The notes beneath the pieces are model-generated. The model was not told the origin of the DNA, ran no database searches, and was given only the letters and a program-made list of their open reading frames with translations. Of a DNA stretch of 64,000 nt, positions 38,542-48,053 are shown one piece after another. Origin of the DNA: Vicugna vicugna (Eukaryota); assembly GCA_013265495.1 (NCBI GenBank), contig MU062380.1, forward strand, positions 4,155,540 through 4,219,539, read 5' to 3'. Position numbers and translations under genes: made by a program. The first letter of the stretch is position 1. The number at the start of each line of letters is the position of its first letter.

Positions 38542-39554
38542 TTTACCAGGGGAAAAAGAGTGGGAAAAGCACCAAGAAATGAAGAGAGGGGGTGAGTGGT
38601 CATTGGAACATGCTTAGAAGTGCAGCATGATCATTGTGTATTTGTAAAGATCACTCTGGATGGCAATGAGGAAGGTAGGACTGGAATTAGAGGCACCAGA
38701 CAGGAGGCTAATAAGCAACATTCATTTAATATATACTGATTAGGTATCTCCTGTGTGCCCAGGCACCATGCTAAGTTCTCTCTGGAGGAGAATAAAGACA
38801 AGCAAACAGGCAACAACAAAACAGACCCCATGTCAAATGCCATGCCCAAGAAAGTACGGGGTGCAGCTAGGAGCAGCATCTCCCGACCTGAATAGCCTGG
38901 ATTGCAGAAATCCAGCTGAAAACTACTTGGTGCAACAAGGTAAAAGAGGTGACAGGTTTGAAGGATATTTAGGAGGTAGAACCTTATAGCAAATGCTACT
39001 GGGACCCCACATATACTTCTCACTGTTCCCATGCACCATACAGCTTGCCACTGCAAGCATCTCTGAGTCTTTACCTGAAGACACTCATGTTTGGATTCCA
39101 CAAGAGGAAGGCCAGGAAGCACCAGGGAGTCAGCATCCCTGGGAGTGGTCCTCAATCAACGTCAGATGGAAGTCAGTGGATAAACACCCCAGGTCGGCTT
39201 GCCCCTCAGGTGAAACAACTCTTGAATGCCTTGCGCAGAGGACCCAGATGGCTTAAGTCCCAAATGCCCACAGTGGTAACCTGCTCATTAATGTACTTTT
39301 TCCTGGCTCCCCTCCCTTCCCTGTCTCACTTCCCCATTCTCCTAACAGTGCTTCCTGGAATCACCTCCCAAATAAACTATTTGCACTCAAGTCCTTGTCT
39401 CAGAGCCCACTTTTGGGAACTTAACCTGAAACAAATAGAAAAAACTTGGTGAAAGATTAGCTGGTAAAAAATGAAGACTCAGATATGAGGCTACAAGATT
39501 TTTAATGTGGGAGATGCTGACCCCATTAACTGAGATAAAGACTCTTCAGGAGGT

Positions 39555-39646
39555 GGGGTGGATGTAGCTCAGTGGTAGAGTACATATTTAGCATGCACAA
39601 GGTCCTGGGTTCATTTCCTAGTACCTCTATTTAAAAAAAAAAAAAA
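39555..39646 (+). mobile_element. tRNA-Ala-derived SINE (Vic-1-like, camelid)
   Basis: GGGGTGGATGTAGCTCAGTGGTAGAG...TTAGCATGCACAAGGTCCTGGGTTCATTTCCTAGTACCTCTA followed by TTT and an A14 tail; A box and degenerate B box. Confidence 0.85.
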
Positions 39647-40355
39647 GAGGCTGATAATGGGGACACCTCTCCTGAACAGCTAGAGAACTTGATCTGGAAT
39701 AAGGAAGCCTGCAAGTGACTGGGTGAAAGGAGAAACCCTGTTTCTTTAAGGAGAGTGTCTTTCTACTCAGCAGTGGGACTCAACTGTATGAAAGGGGCAA
39801 CAGGACAGCTCTCCAACCCACAGACTCTTTACTGCTTCCTGCCCAGGATGGCCCAGAACAGAAGCAGCTTCTCAGGGAGGAAGTCCATCTCCTAGCCAAG
39901 ACTGTACCTCTAGCTGCCCCACTCCACCTCTCCCCACCACTCACATCCAGACAGCCAGCGAAAATCATTTAATGCCTGCCTGTGCGAGGACTGTTCTGGG
40001 TGCTACAGGCCCAACCATGAGCAAGGCCCATCAAGTCCCTGACTTCAATGAGCTTACTGCAGACACCGAAAATCATCAAGTAAGCAAACAAGTAAAAAAT
40101 ATAATTTCCGGTGGTGACAAGTGCTTACAAAAAAAAAAAAAAAAAGACTCCTCGGGATAAGAAGAGGGATAGATCTGGGGCAGGGTAAGGAGGACAGGAT
40201 AAGTTTGGAAAGACTGAGCTTCAGGTGCCCAAGGGACTATCATCTCAAAATTCCCTGAGTACAAGGTTAAGACTCTTGACTTTGAAAAAAATGAAACTGA
40301 ACAGAAAAGGGACTACACAAGAGGAGAAACCACCAGAAATGAATGTCACTTCTCC

Positions 40356-40770
40356 CTAAAGGGTAATTACAGTATCTTCCTTTGACCTAAGAGAATACAA
40401 AGCCCTAGCTGTCTCTTCCAGCCGGTTTCTGTATTCTAGCTTCTCATAATTGGAAGGACTCACTCCTTTAAAACCATACATCACTCCCCACCAGCAGCCA
40501 GCAATGGCAGCTGTAGAATCACTGTCTCCACCGTGGAAAAAGGCTCGGTGGGCAAGCTCCTTCCAGGAGTCTCCTGCAGCCAGAATGGCATCATAGGCAA
40601 TCAGGGGGGCATCATGTCCACTGCTGCCGCCCCAGCCAGAGTAGCTCACGGAGGTGTAGAACTGATCCCTCTCCTTCACATCAAAGGGCTTGGGGAAGGT
40701 AGGGACTGATTTGCCATCCCAAATCCCTCTGAGTTTTAGGTACTTTTCCCATTGGTCTTGGAAGTAAGAC
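40356..40770 (-). CDS. ADPRH: ADPRH last coding exon
   Basis: Encodes [15 protein letters not shown]...[14 protein letters not shown]...[13 protein letters not shown]...KEDTVITL* (DSDS metal-binding motif); total 313+361+415 = 1089 nt = 362 aa plus stop. Confidence 0.98.
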
Positions 40771-41060
40771 CTGTAGGAAGGAAAACATCTGCAGTCAATT
40801 AAAAAAATAGAATCAAAAGCCATTAGGAAAGGTACCAGGTAGATATGCGAACAGGGAAAATTTCAAGATGATTTCAATTTCTGGTACTAACATCATACGA
40901 TATAAAAAAATCAAAATGAGCTCTAAGTGACATTAATTCAATAAATTTTTGCTAAGGAATAATATAAGGCCTTGATAACACAAGTAAAAGGTCAGAAATA
41001 AAGGTTTGTTTTTCCTGAGTTGAGAATCATGTCAAGTGTCAACTTTCAAGGGGGAACTTT

Positions 41061-41221
41061 ATTTAGTCTGTCATTATGTATGTTATCATTTATTTTGTAT
41101 TACTTTCTTAACAGAAATTGTCCATATTTAAGGTGTATGTAATCATTTGATATACACAGTGAAATGAGCACTACCATCAACCTAATTAATACATCATATC
41201 CTTATATAGTTATATTTTTTT
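41061..41221 (-). mobile_element. L1MA-type 3' tail in the last ADPRH intron, with 17-bp TSD
   Basis: TTTCAAG(G/A)GGGAACTTT at 41044-41060 and 41222-41238 (16/17 identical) flanks a reverse L1 tail. Confidence 0.75.
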
Positions 41222-41750
41222 TTTCAAGAGGGAACTTTGGAACTTCATGACCATCGGTGATTTCAGCAGAAAGCCTCTGGACCTTTTTATTCTAAGAAAG
41301 GCAATCTGAAGTGAACTCACAAAAAGGGGAAGATGCGGCCTTATCACTTATTAATTAGCTGGTGGAAAAACCTCTCTCTCAGGCATTTTAACAAAGGATT
41401 TCAAAATATTGTGTGTCAAGACAACACTGAAAAAACAAATTCCAGGAAATGAGCAGGAAAGTTCACCTCAGTAAAGAACAGCCAACCACAAAAACTACAG
41501 AGAGCTGTAATACGGAACAGGATTCCTATACATAAGGGAAGCACTGAGGTCTTCACTTGGCTACTTGGTGGCCACCACTGTTGGGACTGAAATCCTTAGC
41601 AGGTGGGAGGGGCTGCGTGCAGTGGATGACAAAACTGGACAGTGAGAACCATGAGTTGCTACATTCTATGAGTTTTAGGCATACACGTGCATGCACATGA
41701 GTGCACAGATTCAATCATTTTCTAGCAGGAGAGTGTACCTAAAAACTTAC

Positions 41751-42111
41751 CAGTGTTGAAGATTCTGCTCCACAAAGTAGCCTGATTGGACAATGTACTT
41801 TTTAGCTTTCGGTAGCACCTCTACCAGTCCTCTCCCCCACTGCTGGGGAGGCTTGCTATTCACAGCATAGGCTGTAAAAAGAGCAGACACAAGGGCTCCC
41901 AGGTAGCCTGTGGGATGGTGGTGGGTCATCCGGCCACTTTCGATGCTCACCTGGATCAGGGTGTCCAGCTGGTTGCGGTGGGGAAACCGGAGACCAATGC
42001 ACATGGCCCGCATGGCAGCCCCGCAGCCGCCCTCATGGCTGTTAAAGGGAATCCTCCAGCCATTAGCTTTGTCTGGCTCCAGAAGCATGGCGTTCTGCAT
42101 TGAGGCGCCCC
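41751..42111 (-). CDS. ADPRH: ADPRH second coding exon
   Basis: Encodes [43 protein letters not shown]...[12 protein letters not shown]...EQNLQH; tcttcccag| and |GTAAGT; 361 nt. Confidence 0.98.
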
Positions 42112-42322
42112 CTGGGAAGAGCCAGGTAGGGCATGGGGTCAGTGTAACCAAAGCAAAGGCCCCACAGGAGGAGAAAACCAAGCCCTGTCTCCAGCTTTCT
42201 TTGACAGAAAAACTATGAAGTGTGATCATGAATGTGCCCAAACTCCAAACCCCAAGCCAACATTGTGACTTATTTACACCTGAGACCCTTGGGTGTATGA
42301 GGGGGAAGCTTTCATCAGGAGG

Positions 42323-42703
42323 TATTATGAGCTGAACTGTGTTCCCCAAAATTCATATGTTGAAGCCCTAACCCCTTGGACTTTGGAATGTGTCTGTATT
42401 TGGAGGTAGGGCTTTTTAAAAAGTGATAAAGTTAAATGAGAATGTTAGGGTGGGCCCTAATTCAATCTGACAGGTGTCCCAGTAAGAGGAGGAAATTGGG
42501 ATACACAAAGAGATACCAAGAATGTGAGCTGTGAGAGGAGACAGCTAGAAGGAAACTATCTACAAGCCAAAGAGAAAGGCCTTCAGAAGAAATGAAACTG
42601 ACACCTGGATCCCTTCTAGCTTCCAGAACAGTGAGAAAATTATTATTTGTTGTTTTAGCCACCCGGTCTGTGGTATTTTGTTATGGCAGCTCAAATTAAT
42701 ACA
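42323..42703. mobile_element. MLT1 (MaLR) solo LTR in an ADPRH intron
   Basis: TATTATGAGCTGAACTGTGTTCCCC..TTCATATGTTGAAG.CCTAACC...TTTTGTTATGGCAGC..TAATACA; flanks GGAGG and GGAGA. Confidence 0.8.
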
Positions 42704-43295
42704 GGAGAAGCTATGGAAAAGGTAATTCACATCAGCTGGTGGCCCAAGATGCTATAACAAGTTCCCAAAGTGAGCAAGAACCACTTGTGAGCAGACCTGG
42801 AAACAGAAAAGGAGTCTCTACAAGACCTTTTCCAGATTCCTTTAAAAAGAAAAAAAAATTTTACACTCATTTATTACAGAAAACTTAAAAACTACAGATA
42901 AGTAAAAGGATATAAGGAACTATAAATACTCCCATCACCCAGAAACAATTATTAACATCTTTGTGTATATTCTTCCATACCTCTCCCAACAGAAGTATAC
43001 ACATACTTTTGATGACAATGGATTTATAAGATACATAGTGTTTTGTAATCTACTTTTTTTTTTTTACTTAATACATAGTATCTTTCCAGGTCAGTAAATA
43101 TTTATGTGCATAATTTTAAATGTCTGAAGATGTGTCACCATAATAAATTACAAAAACATTTAGGTTTTTTCTATTTTTATCACAACTATAAAAACTAATG
43201 TCTCCTTGATATTTAATCTCAATCAACATTTTTAATCGCTTCCTTGGGCTTGCTTTATTCTCCACCTGTCCAAGACTGCCTCTGGCTACTCTCAC

Positions 43296-43608
43296 CTGGT
43301 GCCCGGCCATCCATGTCTCCCATGCAGTCTTGGTAGTGCTTAGCAAGGAGGGAATACAGGCGAGCCAAGTTCAAGACATTGCCAGCTTCCAGGAGTGCTT
43401 CTGCCGTGGCCAGGTGCATCACTGTGTCATCACTGACTCTCCATCTCTCCACATCTATGGCATCCAAGCCGCCAAGCTGGGCCAGCTGCCTGTGAATCTC
43501 TTCCCCGTTCCGGAGAAACTCCCACTTCCCATTGAAGTACCCCAAGGCATCTCCAGCTGCACTCAGCACCATGGCAGCCACATACTTCTCGATTAGCCCC
43601 CCACACAT
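43296..43608 (-). CDS. ADPRH: ADPRH (ADP-ribosylarginine hydrolase, ARH1) first coding exon
   Basis: ACC-ATG at 43608 encodes [31 protein letters not shown]...[16 protein letters not shown]...DGRAP, including the vicinal Asp60/Asp61; acceptor cccccag| (exon starts 43621); donor |GTGAGA; 313 coding nt. Confidence 0.96.
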
Positions 43609-45399
43609 GGTGAGGCTGCCTCTGGGGGAATAATAAGACACACAAAAGATGAGGAGAAAGAAAAATCAGAAAAAATATTAGCTTTATCTACATTTTATTG
43701 AGTACTCACTCTTTGTAGGCACTGTATTAAGGGCATCTCATTTAATCCTCACAGCTGCTCTATGAAGAGTGGAAAAGGCCTAGTTTATGGATGAGTATCA
43801 AGGTAACGCAGTACCAGAAATGTTAAGTGAATTGTCTCAGGTTACAGAGCTAATAAGGGGCAAGGATGGGACTCCAACTTAGGTCCATCTGACTCCAAAG
43901 TCCACAATTCTAACTATGACTCCACCTTTGCCTCTCCATGAATGGCCAGCCCATTAACTTCTACAAGTCAACCAAGCTTGTCATTTTCTTTTTTTAATCT
44001 GAATTTGGCCTTGGAAGTGCATTCCTCCTTTACTTAAATAATAACTTTCCACTGGTATCACAATGCCCTGTTTGCAAAAGACCTACATATTCTCTGTCTC
44101 ATTAGGAGGCAGGGATTACAGTATGCATTTCACTGTTAAGAAAAATGAGGCTCAGACAGGGTAAATTCACACAACCAATGAATGGAAGCCCTGGGACCCA
44201 AATCTGATTCTGGTCCACTCTGCCTCAGCACAGACCTACTTAGCTTGAGCAACCTCTTTGTGCCTCACCTTCTACATCTGTAAAGCAGTGGCAAACTTGT
44301 GGGTTTGCTGTGAGGAGTAAATGAATTAATTTTTATAAAGCACTTAAAACAGTGCTTAGCAGATAGTAAACAGTATTTTTATTGTTCACACACAACCAGG
44401 GAAAAGGGTTTTTCTATTAATTGAACTAAAATACTTCCTCTCCACAGCAATATTTAAATTGCTTTCCTTCTAAATGACTGACTTCTGGAGTCTTAGACTC
44501 TCAGCTAATACATGAACCTAGTCCCTGGTTAAGTGCTGGTTTCCCTGTAGGTGCATTTCCAGTTCCCCACTGTGCCCTACTGCCTGCAGCATTCATATTC
44601 AAAGCCCTCCACCGTCTGCCCCTACTCTTTCATCCAGTCCACTTGCACAGGCCAGGCAAACACTTTTACACGCTGGTGGACTTGCTCATTCTCCCCTCAG
44701 CTCAAGCTCTTTCCCCACCCAAGATCTGCCTTCTCTGCCTCCACTTAGCTAAACCCTATAAACCCTATTTCCTCAGGGTTAAGTAAGTCAAGACTGAACA
44801 GACCACTACTGATCATGCTGAGTTTCTTGGCTCAAAAAAGGTATCTATAAAATGTTACTTACATATTGTATTGTTCATAAATGATGCCTAGGAACTAGAG
44901 TTCTGGGCTAATAGTCCTAGCTCTGCCCAAAATCAGGTGTGACTATGGACAAGCCACTCATCCTGGACCTATGTTTTCCCACAGTAAATTGTACTGTGTA
45001 AATTACAGATGCAGCCTGGGATGCGTCCTGTGCTGAGAGCGTCAGAGACCAAACTTAGTTGGCTTCTGAGGACCAACTTTTAACGCGCCGTACCCTCTCT
45101 CCCAAAGTCCTCAGCTTCCTTTCTGTAACTCCTTCTGGTTTCATCAGAATGTGTGTTTTTGTGAGTTGTGAGCCGGGCTGGGGGAAGATAACCAACTCAT
45201 TCTGTTGGAAAACTTCCTTTAGCTTTTACACGCACTGCTCTGGCCTCCCGCTCTCAGAATGCTGTTACTTCTTACAGTTTACAGTCTCACATAGGAATTA
45301 TAAATTCAAAACAGAGGTCTAGGAAGCTGCTTCCCGACAGTCCTCTGCTTTTTTTGTTTTTCTTTTGGTGGTGGTGGTGGTGGTGGGGAGACACGCCCA

Positions 45400-46030
45400 G
45401 CCCTAGAAGGAGGTGGGAGGTGGCCCCCAGGTCACCGCGGGGTAGGAGAAAGCCCAAGGGACGCGGGAGGGGTATACCGGGTCGCCAAGGGAGAGGGAGC
45501 GGGGAAAGCGCGCGGGAGACCGGACGGGGAGGGTGGGGAGGGGAGCGAGCGTGGTGGCCGACAGCGGGGAGGGGTACCTGGTGGCTGCAGCGGGTGCAGC
45601 GCACGCGCGCCCACAGCAGGGCGGGGCGTCTGTTGTTCGGGGTGCAGAGAGGCCCAGGGCACCGAGGCGGAGCGCGCCGCCGCGCTCAAGGACCGCGCCC
45701 AGGTTCAACGGACCGTGGACAAGTGCCTGGCGTCTGCAGGCTCGCGGGCCTCAGCTCGAGCGAGTCGCGGAACCGCGAAAGCGCTTCCCGGCACCACAGC
45801 GGCCTTCTGAGCCAGGCGGGGCGGGCCGCAGCGCCAGCGTCACCGGCCCCCTTAGCTCCAGAGGGCGCGGGGGGGCATCGCGCGCCGCGAAATGGCGCGG
45901 GTCTCGACCACAGCTCTCGTGAGACTATCGGAACTCACGCGTGATCCCACGTGGACGCCTCGGCTTTTCCTCGCGTCCCGAACAACATGGCGCCCTAAAC
46001 CCGGAGAAGGGTTCTAAGTGCGTCCGCCGC
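45400..46030. promoter_or_regulatory. CpG island: ADPRH promoter and 5' exons
   Basis: The only strongly CpG-dense stretch in the window; YY1-like motifs (AAATGGCG 45890-45897, AACATGGCG 45984-45992), an E-box CACGTG (45948-45953) and GC boxes. Confidence 0.9.
45939..46010 (-). other. ADPRH: Candidate ADPRH exon 1 (5' boundary approximate)
   Basis: Donor CGC|GTGAGT (intron starts 45938) at the promoter-distal edge of the CpG island. A second candidate donor, CAG|GTACCC, ends an exon at 45578. Confidence 0.5.
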
Positions 46031-47648
46031 CGTTGTCACGGTTCTGAGTCCCCGCCCATAGTACCCACTACCTCTTAGGGTGGTTGCTAGGATTAAATTA
46101 ATTTTAACTCTCGTCATTTATTTGGTAGCAGAATGGAAAATTTTCATCCTGATAGTAAATATAAGCAAAGAAAAACTAAGTGTATTTTTGTCTGAATAAA
46201 TTAATAATATCACCTTACAAGAATTAGAATCACTGTGTGCAGATATTCTATGTACGTCTCTAGAATTTTAATTTGCTGTGCCTATCATTCTGGCTACAGA
46301 TATTAAACCCTTACTATGTATCAGGTGAATGCTGGGCCTTGACACCACCCCGCTTTCAGGGCTTGATCTCACTTTAGGCTATTGACATATTTTTTGTTTT
46401 TTAATAAAATTTTTTGGATGATAAAAATAATGCATACTTACAGTAGAAAAGCTGTGAAAGCTTCTGGGAAGCTCGCTTTTAAAAATACCCTCATGTGTGC
46501 ACAAAGATTTCTGGATTTCTTTCCAGAGTTGTTTCTCATAGCAGAAAATTGGAAATAATCCCAGTATCTGTTTACAGGGGAGAATGAGTTTCCTTCTTCC
46601 AAATTATGGCATAATTATGGAACTTTTTAAAAAAGTAGACATTTATTTAAATCAGAAGACTTTGGGTAAATAATTAGACTCACAAGGGAAGAGCTTAAGT
46701 TTAAAAAAATCAAATTTTACAAGGAGGAATATACAAGATCTTATTTATGTAAAAAAAAAAAGCTCTGTGTGTGTGTGTAAAATGACTGAAAGGATACACA
46801 TTGAATTAATAATGATTATCACTTAAAAGGCTAATAGAGTTTTCTGGGAGTAGGGAGAGAGATAAGGGGGAACTTCTAATCTTTCACAATAAGAATTTTT
46901 GTATATTATGTATATAAAGAAATTTTAGAAAACAGAAAAAATAGTAACTATCCACATTCTACCACTCATATTGTAAATACTTATAGTCTTTATTTTATGC
47001 AGTTTTTTAAAAAAAATCACATCATTTTGTGTATACATTTTTACATCTTTTTTTTAAACCACTGAGCTTTACATTGTAAGTATTCCTCTCTGTGATTTGT
47101 AATAGCATTATTACTATAATTGATTCCAAATGTTCAAATAACATAATGCTCTAGGATAAACTCCCTTTCACGTTGATACAAAGAAATATGAGGCTCTGAT
47201 GTTCAGTTCCTCTTCAACCACACCATGGCCAAGGCTGGCTCAACAGAAGGAAAACAGAAGTATAGATAATTTAAAAACGGGGGATTAAATAAATCTTTGC
47301 CACTTCATGGGCCTTAATGTGTAATACCATGGCTAGTTAAACCGTGAGAGCTAAAATTAAAAAAAGAGAGAGAGAGAGCGCTACAATAAATGGTTAATAG
47401 ACAGGGCCCCTTGAACTCTCCAGCAGATACAAAATGACAAAAACTTTCAAAGGAAAACATACCACAAGATAGGATCTCAATATACATTTGTTAAAATGAA
47501 TAAAGTGGGGGGAAAATGAAATAGGGGCTTTTCAAAAGTCTTTTGAGAAGAAAATAGAAGAAAGCTAGTCCAGGAGAAATAGGAAGCCAAAAGCAGCAGT
47601 TCACATGTCTTGTATCATCAGTTCAACTCAGAAGACTTAGTAAGCATC

Positions 47649-48053
47649 TGTGATGGTTAATTTTATGTGTCAACTTGGCTAGGAAATAGTACCCAGATAT
47701 GTGGTCAAACAATTTTCTAGATGTTTCTGGGAAGGTCTTTTAAAGATGAGATTAGCAGTGAAATCAGTAGACCTGGAGCAAGCCTATTATCTTCCATAAT
47801 GTAAGTGGGCCTTTCCCATTTACTTGAAGACCTTAATAGAAAAACAGACTAACCTCACCCAGAGAAGAAGGAATTCTGCCAGTAGATTGTCTTTAGTTGG
47901 AGCTGTAATATCAGCTCTTAACCTGGCTCTCCAGCCTGCTGGCCTATCCTGCAGATTTTGAACTTACCAACATCTACAATCACATGAGCCAATTCCTTAA
48001 GTCTTTCTCTCCATAAATGGATTGATTTTGTTTCTCTGGAGAACCTTAATACA
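47649..48053. mobile_element. MLT2-type ERVL solo LTR
   Basis: Begins TGTGATGGTTAATTTTATGTGTCAACTTGGCT and ends TAATACA; 5-bp flanks GCATC and GCATA. Confidence 0.8.

Noticed and set aside
39555-39630. tRNA-Ala(AGC)-like sequence as a functional tRNA gene
   Set aside because: Stem-breaking substitutions, a degenerate B box (GGTTCATTTCC) and an A14 tail indicate a SINE.
41910-42218. Antisense ORFs over ADPRH and PLA1A exons (also 43330-43596, 22756-23052, 19247-19579)
   Set aside because: Shadows of the real coding strand, with no independent start context or splice support.
43609-43641. [11 protein letters not shown] extension of ADPRH in the ORF track
   Set aside because: It crosses the acceptor at 43622/43621, so its first codons are intronic pyrimidine tract.
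45354-45944. 196-aa + strand ORF and other overlapping ORFs in the CpG island
   Set aside because: Low-complexity Arg/Gly/Pro/Ala content; stop codons are scarce in GC-rich DNA; no recognisable domain.
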